A stretch of DNA of 64,000 nt from Octopus vulgaris (Eukaryota). The notes beneath the pieces were generated by a model. It made no database searches, had not been told where the DNA came from, and saw nothing but the letters and a program-made list of their open reading frames with translations. This document shows positions 28,428 through 41,636 of the stretch, one piece after another. Position 1 is the stretch's first letter. Each line of letters opens with the position of its first letter. The stretch lies in the NCBI GenBank assembly GCA_951406725.2, contig OX597818.1:17422001-17486000 (forward strand). Reading direction: 5' to 3'. Position numbers and translations under genes: made by a program.

Positions 28428-28939
28428 GGTTTGGAAATGATGTACAAGTATTGTATATTAGAAGAAATAAGGTACTCAGAATGCTAGACGGTTTTATATT
28501 TACAGACATTTATTAATATGTCACATGTTTTTATAAATCATATTTTAGCGCTTGCGTCCACTCTGGTGGAGTCTTCAGAATGAACTTTTTCGGGAAATTT
28601 GTCTCTTCTTATAGTATTATTGAGTGCGTAGGGGTGGAGAGAGATATAAGATAGTACAAGAGGGTGAGGAACGTGAACAAAGTGAGAGAGAGAGTGCGCG
28701 CGCGCGTGTATGTGTGTGCTTTTGTATCTGAAGGAAGTGTCAATGGAAAAGAGAAGGAAATGAAGAAGGAAGAGAGAAGGAAGAAAAAATGAGTTGACAT
28801 CTTTGCAGCTGGTCAGTTCTTTCAATAGGAAGTGATTCTTGGCTTTTAGAAATGACAAACCCAAGTGGCCACTCTAAGGGTGGGGGAGGGGTAAATGTTA
28901 TTTTTCAAAAAATTGTCTGGATTTCTTTTTATCATTGTC

Positions 28940-29047
<108 letters not shown>

Positions 29048-29280
29048 TGTAGGTCATAACTATCCATGGCGTTACTTATACACGTCTTGTCCTAATACTG
29101 ACTCAGAGAGGTAGGTCTTATTTTGTTTGTATATTATATTCGTACTAACTGCCTATGACGTGTTTGTATTCATCACCGTCTTCCACGTTTACTCATTATT
29201 CCCAGCAGTTTCTTGCTGTTGACGCCAGCAAAATTAACAATATTAATTTAACATTAAGGGAGTGAAATTGTCATGATTTT

Positions 29281-31310
29281 TAGTTAGTTAGTTAGTTAGT
29301 TAATTTGGCTCAAAAGCAAATAGCAAGGCCATGTAGGGGGACATGGAGTTAAGTACAGGGTGGTGTTCATGTAAAGAGTTCAGGCCACTTGAGGTCCAGG
29401 GAGGCTTTGAACAAAGCGGTCGTCGGCATCTTCACCATCTCGTCTGGCAGCTTGTTCCACGGATCCGCAACCCGGACGGAGAAAGCTCCTCTCCTTCGAT
29501 TGAGATGAAATCGTCGTAGGTAGAGCTTTTCGGAATGACCCCGCAGCCGACGCTCCGGAGCAGGAGTGAAGAACAGCTCTTTCGAGAGGTTACACTTCCC
29601 GCTTATGATGTTGTGGGCGAGAATGAGATCATCACGGCGGCGGCGTTTTTCAAGAGAATAAAGGTCGAGCGTCCTCAGCCTTTCTTCGTAGGACAAATTT
29701 TTGAGACCATGAACCATGCGGGTAGCCAGCCTCTGGACTCTTTCGAGATGCTGTATGTCTTTGAGGAGATAAGGAGAAGAGGCTTGAATCCCATACTCCA
29801 ATATGGGTCTCACCAGCGTGACATAGAGTGGTAGGAATATGGCTGCTGTGATCATTCCGAATGACCGTCGAATCAAAAACAGAATTCCGCGCGCTTTGTT
29901 GGCAGCATGGACGCACTGGGCCGAAGGCGAAAAGGAGGAATCCACCAAGATACCCAGGTCCTTTACCTGATCGGTCCTCTCCAGCAGCAGACGACCCGGC
30001 TCGAAATCAAGTTGAGTTGCAGGAGTAGAGCCGACAGGCAGATGACAGCACTTTGACACGTTCAGACACAGGTCCCAATCGTTAGACCACTTCCAAATTT
30101 GGTGGAGGCATCGACGAAGATCCTCTATACTACCGCGAGGAGCGACCAGTTTGATATCGTCGGCAAATAGAAGGGTGTGTTGCGTGAGGTCGTCGGGTAA
30201 GTCATTTATGAAGACTAAGAACAACAAGGGCCCAAGCACTGAACCTTGAGGCACGCCACTGCTCGCACTGGAGACGTCGGACCGCGAACCATTAACTTGA
30301 ACTTGGAAGGAGCGATCTGAGAGGAAGGCACCAACCCATCGTACAATATCCGGATGGAAACTATATGCTTGAAGCCTGACAAGTAGTAGGCGGTGGTTTA
30401 CTGAGTCAAAAGCTTTGGCAAAGTCCAATAAAACGATGTCAACAGCATCACTATCATCGAGGATGCGCGTCACCAATTCTTCCATTACTAGTAAGTTGGT
30501 CAAGCATGATCTCTTCGGCACGAAGCCGTGTTGGGAATCAGTGATCGAGGCTGTGTTTAGGAGGTGGAGCATCATACTTTTCTTAAGGATGGTTTCGAAC
30601 ATCTTGCTGATTATTGATGTAAGGGAAACCGGTCGGTAGTTAAGCGGGTCTTCGCGGCTCCCTTTCTTGAAAATTGGGCAGATTATCGCTGTTCTCCAGT
30701 CTGCAGGTATAACACCCGTCGCCAATGACATATTGAATAGTCGTGTTAAGGGCTCGCAGATGACCGGAGCCAACGCTTTGATAACCCGTGGGTGTATGCC
30801 GTCAGGGCCGTGACCCTTGTTGACATCGAGGCCTTGAATAACACGTTTGACTTCGTCCCGCGTGATGACCAATCGAAGCATTGGAGGTACCGATCTATCA
30901 AATGGAGGGGGTTCACGACCATCATCTTGTTTGAAAATAGTTGAAAAAGCCTCGGCAAATAATTGACTCTGTTGATAAGGGTCCTCAATCGATACGCCTG
31001 TTGAGTCTACCAACGTTGCAATCTGGTTGTTCAAGCCGGAATTCCGCTGGACATGGGCAAAGAAGGTTTTTGGATTGCTACTGGCATTTGCCGCGATTTT
31101 GTATTCATAACTGAAGCGTTCTTTCTTTTCAATTTTCACAGCTCGGTCTCGTTGAGTTTTGTACACCTCAAAAGCTGCAGTCGAATCCAGATTTTTGAAT
31201 TCAGCCCAAGCAATATCTCTGAGTCGACGTTCTCGTTTAACCTTCTTCGTCACCCAGGGCTTGTGTTTCTTCCTCTTGGGAAGCCCAACGGGAACTGCCT
31301 GGTCAGTCAA
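29281..31310 (-). mobile_element. 5'-truncated CR1/L2-group LINE with (TAAC)n tail
   Basis: Short 3' UTR followed by (taac)n at 29281-29301; no APE domain visible. Confidence 0.9.
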
Positions 31311-31352
31311 ACAGATTACATTTTTGCACGATATCTGACGAGGAAAGAGCAT
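29367..31352 (-). CDS. Non-LTR reverse transcriptase (CR1/L2 group ORF2, N-terminally truncated)
   Basis: NYRPVSLTS, QHGF, LDFAKAFDSV, SGVPQGSVLGPLLF, FADD, KDLG, LERVQR, RGHSEKL in a stop-free 661-aa frame; the first ~15 aa probably come from flanking DNA. Confidence 0.92.
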   Translation of the reverse strand: MLFPRQISCKNVICLTDQAVPVGLPKRKKHKPWVTKKVKRERRLRDIAWAEFKNLDSTAAFEVYKTQRDRAVKIEKKERFSYEYKIAANASSNPKTFFAHVQRNSGLNNQIATLVDSTGVSIEDPYQQSQLFAEAFSTIFKQDDGREPPPFDRSVPPMLRLVITRDEVKRVIQGLDVNKGHGPDGIHPRVIKALAPVICEPLTRLFNMSLATGVIPADWRTAIICPIFKKGSREDPLNYRPVSLTSIISKMFETILKKSMMLHLLNTASITDSQHGFVPKRSCLTNLLVMEELVTRILDDSDAVDIVLLDFAKAFDSVNHRLLLVRLQAYSFHPDIVRWVGAFLSDRSFQVQVNGSRSDVSSASSGVPQGSVLGPLLFLVFINDLPDDLTQHTLLFADDIKLVAPRGSIEDLRRCLHQIWKWSNDWDLCLNVSKCCHLPVGSTPATQLDFEPGRLLLERTDQVKDLGILVDSSFSPSAQCVHAANKARGILFLIRRSFGMITAAIFLPLYVTLVRPILEYGIQASSPYLLKDIQHLERVQRLATRMVHGLKNLSYEERLRTLDLYSLEKRRRRDDLILAHNIISGKCNLSKELFFTPAPERRLRGHSEKLYLRRFHLNRRRGAFSVRVADPWNKLPDEMVKMPTTALFKASLDLKWPELFT

Positions 31353-31914
31353 GGAGCATGTCTATGTCTTGTAAGTTAATTTCCGTTTGTTCCTTTGTCG
31401 CCCTTCTGTTCGATTTTTAGTTTTATTACACACACAAATACACATACTAATACACGCGTGCATAACACACACACACGCGCATAAACACACATGCACACGC
31501 AGATATACGTAAAATTCTATATACGTCTATATACGTCGGTAGAGGTGTAATGTTTTTAGTTGTGGTGAGGACAATATCTTTTATACTGAAAAGTTACGAC
31601 TAGGTGACAGCCTAGTAAGTACAGTTAAAATAGTAAGGTCGAAACCTTTACTCGCTTTAAAAAGCTTCAGGAAATGCATAGCTTGATTTTTAACACTTCT
31701 AGTAATATCTCTATTGTGTTGCATACTGTGGCTAGTTGTTGCCGAAAAAGCAAAGCACTCAATGGAAAATCCAAAGATGTATGGTAAGCGCTCTGAATAC
31801 CTGCTGAGCAAAAGTCTGTAGGTCTTTAACCGGACTGAAAAATCACTGCCGGGACATTCTTGTTTAAGAAAACAATCAAGCGATGTCATTTCTCGAAATC
31901 GAGTTGTGACCATC

Positions 31915-32243
<329 letters not shown>

Positions 32244-32264
32244 TTTTATCCTTTAATCTTTCAC

Positions 32265-32520
32265 TTGTTCCAGTCATTTGACTGCAGCCATGCTGAGGCC
32301 GCCGCCCTGGGGGATTTTTAGACGAATGAATCGACCCCAGTACTTTACTTTTATTTAACCTGATACTTACTCTATCGGCTTCTGTTGCCGAGCCGCTAAG
32401 TTACGAGGACGTAAACACACCAACACCGGTTGTCAAGTGGTAGTAAGAGATAGACATAAAGACACACACACATACTTACACACATAAATCTCCACTCTCC
32501 TCTTCGTTATACATGCATAC

Positions 32521-32565
<45 letters not shown>

Positions 32566-32778
32566 TATATATATATATACAGAAATCGTTTTATTTCATT
32601 CTACACGTGTTTCGAAAGACATTACAAAATCATGAATAATGGACACATCAGGAAGAAAATAGAAACGTTGGAAAAACAAAAACAGAACAGAGGCGGAGCA
32701 AAAACACGAACTATGCTCCTAGAGCCCATGGCGAAACGTGACACATATCGTTAAACTTTGATTAATCTCTAAAGATTA

Positions 32779-32856
<78 letters not shown>

Positions 32857-32995
32857 CAACGGGCTTCTATCAGTTTCCATGTACCAAATCCATCCACTAG
32901 GTTTTGGTCAGCCCGACGCTATAGTAGAAGACACTTGCTCAAGGTACCATGCAGTGGACCTGAACCCGAAATCATGTGGTTGGGAAGCAAGCTAC
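32265..32995 (-). mobile_element. SINE family A split by a ~200-bp insert in its (TA)n
   Basis: Tail 32265-32470, head 32858-32995, insert ~32580-32780. Confidence 0.8.
32593..32660 (-). ncRNA. Degenerate hammerhead-like motif
   Basis: Minus: attttcttc CTGATGT ... c GAAA cacgtg TA gaatgaaat; stem I and palindromic loop 3 present, A9 altered, stem II poor. Confidence 0.45.
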
Positions 32996-33804
32996 AACCG
33001 TGCATGTACGATTTTTCTTTGAGTTTTATCTAAATTTTCAAGTGTGTTCAAGGCGGTCGCTGAATGCATGTATGTATGTATATATGCATAGTCTTTTTCT
33101 CTTTTTAATTTAGAGTTAAATTAAATTGTTTTGTAGCAATGATTTGAAAGAGTACATCTTGTTTTGTTCACCAGCCTATAAATCTTAAAAAAGGTCTTGC
33201 AGATTTTTGTTGTCCCAGATATCGTAAATCATTTGTAGCGAATTAATTAAGGATTACGTGTATGTGGTGTGTGTGTGTGTACGTGTGTACGTGCGTGCTC
33301 GCGCGTATGTGTATGCATGTATACATGTATATGTGTTGTCTACGTATGTGTATATGTTTTGCATTTCTTTGTGTCTTTTAGGAGATATAGTACCTCTCTA
33401 TATGATGTGTTACGTAAGTTTGTATGATATTTTGCTTAACATACTTACACGTTTGTGGTTTAAATGTTGCTATTAATATCGTTACAGCATTAAAAATAAG
33501 ACAGTTTATTTTCAATAAGAACAGTTAAGTAACCAGGTATTGACTATTTCGAACTTAGAAAAGTGTATATTTCTAGTTTACCTACCTCAATTTCCAACTT
33601 TCTGTTTCATTTCACTGTTAGTTGGTGAAAGGTATTCAACTATTTAACCAAATTGAATACTTTTAGCCACGTTAAATGCTGGTTTTGTATGCACTTTGTA
33701 AATTCACGAGATATTTGTCACAATATATCTGAGTTTCGACACATGTAAGATTTGTGGTCAAAATAAATGGATTGAATGATCAAATAATTTGAAGTTAGCA
33801 TTTC

Positions 33805-34238
33805 GGATCTTTACGGTTTGAACGGCAGTTTTTTCCAGCGGTGTCATATGAAATTGTCACCCATAATTATGACCCTAGTATCGATCTATTGCATTTCAAT
33901 CTGTTTTACGGTTTGGGTTAATTAGGGTTAGGGTTAGGGGTGGAGGGAAGGGTATCTTTTTTTCTTTACAAATGTAAATAAACCCAATCTGTTTCTTAAA
34001 CGAGAGACATATTCATACGGCAAAGAATGTTTTTTACCTCAATAGACGTCAGTGATTGGTTGAAATTGCAGAAATTGAAGAAAAAACAACAACAAATATC
34101 TTACAAACTGTAGAATATTCTCAATAAAGCCAAGAGAAAAAGATGTTTTATAAACACATTCTACCAGTATACGAAGTTTAAAATTTTTTAGCTACCTAGA
34201 AATTATGTTAGAAACTGCCGTTCAAACCGAAAAGATCC
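33805..34238. mobile_element. Merlin-like MITE with 8-bp TSD
   Basis: TIRs ggatctttacggtttgaacggcagttt / aaactgccgttcaaaccgaaaagatcc; perfect TSD agcatttc (33797-33804, 34239-34246); GG...CC termini. Confidence 0.85.
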
Positions 34239-34894
34239 AGCATTTCCACTTGTAAGCAACTGTACTGAAATTGTTTTTACTGCACAGGTTTAAAAAAAAA
34301 AATGAGGAAAACAGAAGAGGAACAAAGAAAATATAATTATGAGAAATATCTATTATATATCAATACTTGCTCACAAGATACAAATGCATAATGTATTTAT
34401 ACAAATATGTGCAAAATAAATTTCCTGTGGCGTATTAAAAGCCATATTGATGACATAGTTTTTAATTTCATCTCGTTTATAATTAAAGTAAAATGCGTGG
34501 ATATAATAATTAAATTTAATTTCCATTCATTACTTTTTTATGTTATATTTCCTCTGCTTCAATTATTACGCTATGCATAATGGTGGTTTATGGTGAGTCG
34601 AAACCAATGAATGCGGTTTCAATCCCAAGTTGAAGCATTTTACCTTAATTTACCCTGCTCGATACAATCTGCACCCAAACACAATAGATAGCCTATGTAC
34701 CCAGTCACATTAGAGAAATAATTAATAAGATGAGTCAGTGGTTTTCTTGTAAGATATATATCTTAAAAGTTGATATTAAAAAGAAACTGAGTTGCATTCG
34801 GTACTCTAGTTTTTCGATTTGTAGTTTAACAATTCACAGAATTAAGACATTTTTATCGGATGTTTTTATGTAAAATAAATAGTTTAGAATATAA

Positions 34895-35108
34895 TGGTTT
34901 CAACTTTTAACATGAAACCAGCATTTTTTTTTAAAGCGATAAGCCGATTATTTTGATACCAGTTTCAACTTGTATTTCATTCATTGAACTCGAAAGGATA
35001 AAAAGCAAAGTCGATCTCAGCAGAATTTGAACCCAGAACTTAAAGAACCAGAAGAAATGCCGCTAAGTATTTTGTCCGACTTGCTAACGATTCTATCAGC
35101 TCGCCACT
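34895..35108 (-). mobile_element. SINE family B (diverged)
   Basis: aaagtcgatctcagcagaatttgaac...gccgctaag...cagctcgcc. Confidence 0.7.
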
Positions 35109-35449
35109 TTTTTGTATTTATTGTGGCTTGAGTTCTCCCATCATATACTTGGTCCTGAGTAGAATCTACCACTAAAGTACCGACTTTATGGCTTCACAAT
35201 GTTAGTGTAGTAGGTGAGATATCTTATATCTAAAATTCCCTTAAGGAGAAATAACTTTCCGGATCCAGAGTCTGGCGCTGTTATCGTATAAACCCGAAAT
35301 AACCAAGCATTTGTTTGGGTAGTTCTAGGTTATATTGGCACTTGAAATTAAAATTGATACTCTGGTTTAGTGCCTGTATTTTTGAAGCAGTCTTACCTTC
35401 ATATAAATTACAAATAATATGAAAATTTACTCGTGTTCTTAATCTGAAG

Positions 35450-36330
35450 GATTTCACAGGTCTATGTACAGGACAGCGGTCTAAGGATATGACTGCTTTC
35501 TCCTAAAGCGGCAACGATCCTAAGTAGTTCTTCGGTGATGGCAATATCAAATGGGAGCATCCTGAAAAGTTTTTATCCAGACTTGAATAAACGATGTAAA
35601 CGTTGCTTTATTAAAGAGGAGTAGAGTCCATGGTTTTGCAGGCCCTTCTAATGTGATGAGTTTGAAACGATTTATATTTAGTTTATGTAGAGCAAACATC
35701 GGCTGGGATATAGTTACAGTCTTCGACTGAAAAATGTCGGGCAGCAGGCTTTCAAAGCATCATATACTGGCTGCAGTTCTTGAGCGTAAACTCGTTCACA
35801 GCATAACCATTTGGGACAAGCTTAAAGTGCAACATCTCGAAAATCCACAAAACACGCACATGGACTTCTGTTCAAACCGCCATTGTTTGACAACAGGTTC
35901 TGAAGTTTGGTGGAACAAAGATACTGACTTTTTATTAGGATTACGAATATAAATCCATTTTTCATCCCCAGGATTCGTCAGCAATTGTTAGCAAATGTCC
36001 ACATGCGGTTGAGCTTGGTCGTTGGTCATCTCATGAGGAACTTTACAACAGCATTTCTTACAAGGCCGAGTTTAAGGGGTGTGTCGGTTGATAGTGCTTT
36101 GTGATGGACCAAGATCTGTGACAATGTACGAGTGCTTGTGCTTGACTGTTGTTCAGCCATTTCAGGCAAGGTCTCATCATCCACAACATCTTTGAGGTTT
36201 CTCTCCGAGGCTTCTTAGACCTTGCCCGAAACTTCTGAGTTAGTTTTGTGCCACACATTCATTGACAATTTCTGGGCCTTCCACATCATTAATTTCTTTC
36301 GTTGCTATCCTTGCACTTGATCATATTTTC
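35450..36330 (-). pseudogene. Decayed mariner transposase
   Basis: PGDEKWIYIRNP (TGDEKW motif), KSMCVF; frameshifted. Confidence 0.75.
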
Positions 36331-37868
36331 CACAGGCAACATATGGCCCTAATAGCAATTTTTTCGCCACTCATTATCAAAGATAAACAATTAATGTTTA
36401 TATGCTACATATGAAAATAAAGAATAAACAATTCAGCAACGATTGAACAACAAATTGTATCAAATTAATAATATAACACGGAGATACAAGTTGCCAAAAA
36501 TCATCAGTGAAAATCCGAAATCACTTTTGATTCAACCTGGAACCTCTGAAGAATATACTGCAACTCCAAATATTGTGATAAATAGTATGTTGTCAGCACG
36601 ACACTCTGGAATCATTGCACACTCTTCCATTGTCTAATCTATTTCTGTATGACGTTGATTCTCGTGTTAATCACAATGGTAGTGGCAAGATGAACTTAAC
36701 CAGAGCACGACGGTTGTTACCCTTTTGAATTTATTTTTGGTGTTGTGCATCCCTGCACAGTGTTTGAGGCCAGTGAGGGTAATGATGTTGCAGCTGTTTC
36801 TCTGTGCATGTGTTTCCCATACTTTTCTAGGCTGAGTGAATGAGTTAACATATTTTATATTATTGCAGTGTTGCTATAGGATTGTGTATATATGCCTGGG
36901 TAATTGGTTGTTGTTTTTCATATAGTAATAGAGACTGTTTAAGTCGGGAGTTTGCGAACCAGGGTAAATTACCCCAAACAGGGTAAAAATGAAATTCTTG
37001 TGGGTAATGAGGACTCATTAGACATAAGTAAAATTATATGAAAAACATGCTCCTTGTTACAACAGATATCTTTCTTCTGGCATGAAGAAGCAATCAAAAA
37101 GTCGTCTTTTTAAAAAAAAAAATATCAAAGACCACGTAGTCATACAAGGAGAATATTTCGTTACTGCAGCAAGCTTTAACCCACAAGTTCTCTCACGGGA
37201 CCCTACCACTGCTTATATGCTCGGAAATATGATATGCACGTGTATACAACCGTGTATGAAAACTTAACTGATATCACTAATACTATAGCAACACTATTAT
37301 AACCAGATACCTCAGTATATATATGGATCTTTAAGTCCCAGGGGTATATGGACTTAATTGATGCTGTGTATGTTGAACAACCTACGCAGTGCGTGTGGAT
37401 ATATATCAAGTAACCCTTAGAAATAATAGAAAACAGTGAACATCTGTTGTTGAAACAATACTAAGCGACTTTGGACAGTGCTTAAGCATAATATGTGAGG
37501 TTTTGCTTTCTAGCTTAATTTATCAAGACACACGATATTGATAAAGTGGTAGATGAATCATATCGCCAGAAGAAATAGAGATGAAAGCTAGCGAGTGTAC
37601 ACGAATATCGCTCTACAAATGTATGTATGTATGTATGTATGTATGTATGTATGTATGTATGTATGTATGTATGTATGTATGTACATATGTATATACATAC
37701 ATATATACATGTATATGCATGTATATAGATATAAACATGTTTGTGTATGTGTATGTGTGTTAATATTTAGCAAAAGCAACAGAGTGTCTCAAAGTCCGAG
37801 AGTTTCGTGCGTTAGCACTTGAAACTCTCGAATTGTACTTTCTGCATATATATATGTATGTATGTATG

Positions 37869-37949
<81 letters not shown>

Positions 37950-38062
37950 TTAAAATGAGGGTGAGAAATTAGATACTAATTTTATTAACGTCGATTTCAC
38001 ACCAGTGGTCTAGCATAAAAAAACTGAAGGTTCAGTAAAATAGTATTATATATATATATATA

Positions 38063-38285
38063 TTAGAGGGAAAACCACTACGTGGACACCCATATGCTAG
38101 AAATAGATCCGCTACGGTCTCACCACCAAGAAATATTCTCAAGAAAAATTTAGCAAAAACAACCAAAACGTAATCGAGCAAGACAAAAGAAAAAGTAATA
38201 GTAATAAAACAAAACAAAACAAAAAAGTGACCGTAGCGGATCTATTTCTAGCATATGGGTGTCCACATAGTGGTTTTCCCTCTAA
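38063..38285. mobile_element. Small fold-back/MITE with 57-bp TIRs inserted in (TA)n
   Basis: 38063-38119 and 38229-38285 are reverse complements with one mismatch; (TA)n on both sides. Confidence 0.75.
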
Positions 38286-38330
38286 TATATATATATATAT
38301 ATATACAGACAGACAGACAGACAGACAGAC

Positions 38331-38413
<83 letters not shown>

Positions 38414-38450
38414 AGAGTGACAGACAGGCAGATAGAGGGAGAGAGAGAGT

Positions 38451-39512
38451 ATTTCTTTATTCACCATAAGGTTGAGAAAAAGAGGGGACAATACGGGGAC
38501 AGGCAAAACAAACGTTGAGGTCAGGGTATCGAATGAAACGAAACGTATGAATAAACAAACAATTAAAATATATACAATTAAATGAGAATGAGTGATTAAC
38601 AAAAAATGAAGCGGAGGACGCGGTTGACCCCACAAACCACATACTTACACTGAAGACTTTGCTTTCTCCTTTTTTACATTCTCGATTAAACAGGTTCTTT
38701 CACTCGCAACATACTTGCTATAGACTTCCGTCTTTTACGAAACACACTTTGCGACAGGCATTTCTTCTCCAGCCTTATTTTCCGTTTCATGTGGAAAACG
38801 AAAAAGTTGATTAGCTCGAGACTGGAGATGAACATGCCTGTTGCAATTCCTTTCACTCTCGTCTTCCATACTACTTCTTTCGCCACAGCAACTACTGAGA
38901 GAAAACAGGCTCGCTCTTCCCTATTCAGGGAGGTCGGCGGAACGATCTTAATTAGAGATTCGCTCGACAGTTGTACTCTTCTCGAATGCGACAGCAGGTG
39001 TTCGACATAAGCCCAGAATTCAGTCACCTTGGTGCATTGCACAATCGCGTGCAGGACAGTTTCACTGTCCCTCTCACATCTTGCACAAACCGGCGATGGT
39101 GCACACCCATGTCTAAAGAGCTTATCTCGAACTGGTAAAGCTCCTCTGTAACATTGCCAGGCCAGGTACTTTTGGTAATTATCCATAGGCCCCGGACCGA
39201 ATGTTCTTTGGAACAAGCTGGCCAGTTGATTTTCGGTCTACACTTGATCCATGGGTTCAGTTTGGTAAACGATGTAAACTGTGGAAATAACAGCCTGACG
39301 AACGGAGACCACACCTGCTCACCGTCCAGGTAAAGCCAGAGGTGCCTAAGCCTGAGCGCATGTCTGCGCATTTTTAACCACGGCATCCCTAACCCACCCT
39401 TCAGCGGCTTTTGGTAGCAAATAGAGCGCCTTACAAGAGGTCTGCTGCCCCTCCACAAAAAGCGAAAGAGCATGCTTTCCGGCTTGTTCAGCCACGAATC
39501 GGGGCAAGGCAC
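38451..39512 (-). pseudogene. 5'-truncated Tx1/L1-clade LINE 3' end
   Basis: LFRFLWRG...LVRR...KGGLGMP; zf-RVT WQCYRGALPVRDKL...CARC...ETVLHAIVQC; T-rich 3' UTR ending AATAAAGAAAT. Confidence 0.9.
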
Positions 39513-39528
39513 AGAGAGATTCATATGT

Positions 39529-41025
39529 ATAGGGTGCAGTGAATAAACTGTCGTCTAAATCAGTGCTTCTCAAACTATCTCATGTGGCGTACCCGCATTT
39601 ATTTTCCCAATGTGTTAGAGACCGGCAATATTTCTTAGTAATATTTATTTATACCGAAAACAATATATACAATGAATATAATAAAAGTTGACATTTTTTT
39701 AATTTTATATTTATTTTGTAAACAAATAATACAATATTACATAAGCTGATAAGTTATTGACTGCAGTGTATAAAGCGAAATCACTAAAATTATGCTATTA
39801 TTTCTTTCTTTTCTGGAAACGCGCTGCGTATCGGCAGATGATGGCTCGCGGACCTGCACCGGTCCGAGGATCACCACTTTGAGTAGCACTGGTCTAAATT
39901 ACGCAAAAAGGAAACTAACACTAACATCTCATTTTAACAGATATATTTACCAAAATTACATAAAAGTATCTTGAAATTCATACTAAGGAGTAAATTTATT
40001 CAATAAAATCGCCATTGGCTTCAACCACGGCCTCCAGACGACTTCGGAATCTCTTGCAACTCTTCTGGATGATCTCTTTGTTTAAGTTTGTGAATGCTGC
40101 CATAATCCTTGCCTTCAGTTCATCTTTGGTGTTACAAGGAGTTTTGGGGACTCTCGCACAACTGAGCCTCACACATAATAATTAAGGGGTCCGCAGTCTG
40201 GGGAGTTAGGTGGCCAGATGTTAGGAGTGATGTGGTCGCAGAAATTGTCTGACAGCCATGACTGGTTTCTCCTGCGTGTGTGGCATGGCGCAGATTCCTG
40301 TTACTTGATACAGTCTTCCAGCAGCCACCCTATTGAGCTAGAGCATTACTACCTCCTCCAGGCACTTGATGTAGACCTCCGTGTTGAGTCTGAGGCCGTG
40401 TGGGAAGATGAATGGAGGCACAACGTTGTTATCACTAGTGATTACTCCAAGGACCATGATGTTGATTTTTATTACTCTCGATACATGTATTAGGGACACG
40501 GCAAGCCAACGGTTGTTCTGTGTGTTCACCATCTGATCCTGGCAGAATTTTTTCTCAGCTCAGAAGAACCAAAGCATGTTCGGTTGGAGTGGATGCTTGA
40601 GTTTGTTCAAAAGATTCGTAGCGCAGTCTTACTTCTTGTACTTGATGGTTTGGCCCCTTCTCATCTTGCATAAGGAATACCGAATGTCTTCATGCACTAC
40701 CTACCTAATAAGAAACTCAGACATTCCCATGTCTCTAGCGATGGATCTGATTGACTTGGAGGGATCGTTATCAGTCATAGCCTGGATCTCACCAACAAAT
40801 TCAGGTGTTATTTTCTTATCAGAACGATCAGAGTGAGTTTTCCAAGCTGCCGTACCTTCGTAATCACCATTAGATTCATCCAACTCTTTCCGAATCCCAT
40901 GCACTGTCCTCAGATTGACACCCAAGCCCTCTGAAATGTTCATATTGGAGCTTCCGGTGTGAATGCCAAGCAGTAAATCCTGTAGTTTCCAAATTTCTGG
41001 CAGATTGAATTGCGTCATGGTGCTG
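39529..41025 (-). pseudogene. Decayed Tc1/mariner (maT/DD37D-like) transposon
   Basis: RSIARDMGMSE (HTH), EKKFCQD, MVLGVITSD...PPFIFPHG, ESAPCHT, WPPNSP. Confidence 0.85.
39561..39891. mobile_element. hAT-Charlie MITE nested in the mariner end
   Basis: TIRs cagtgcttctcaaa / tttgagtagcactg; perfect 8-bp TSD gtctaaat. Confidence 0.92.
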
Positions 41026-41065
41026 TTTTCTTACGTGTTCACACAATCACGTACACACTCAATCT

Positions 41066-41217
<152 letters not shown>

Positions 41218-41362
41218 TTGACTAACTGAGTGACAGACAGACAGGTTATTATAATGGTTATAGGATTTTGCAAAAGCAGCCAGCACTGAATGTGTTACTC
41301 CTTAAGATAATGAAATGGGTTACGTAATTTGTGTTGTTTTATCATGTATTAATATATATGCA

Positions 41363-41415
<53 letters not shown>

Positions 41416-41636
41416 AAATAAGAAAATGGAGAAATACATCTAAATCATTTATCAACTACCAGATAATACCCAATCACATACTTTATTAAACCACTCCATA
41501 AGAACATTAGGGTTAAACATAAAAATATATAACAAAACAACGTACATGAATGAGTAATACAATACAATAAGTACAATCATTATAAGAGGATATAAATAAA
41601 TAAATATAAATTGATATAAATATAAATATACACTAT

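Noticed and set aside
29535-31379. Antisense and alternative-frame ORFs over the LINE
   Set aside because: Shadow ORFs of the GC-richer RT coding sequence
37797-37830. Hairpin cgagagtttc-gtgcgttagcac-ttgaaactctcg with a stem-II/GAAA-like half
   Set aside because: No CUGANGA; at best a truncated HHR half
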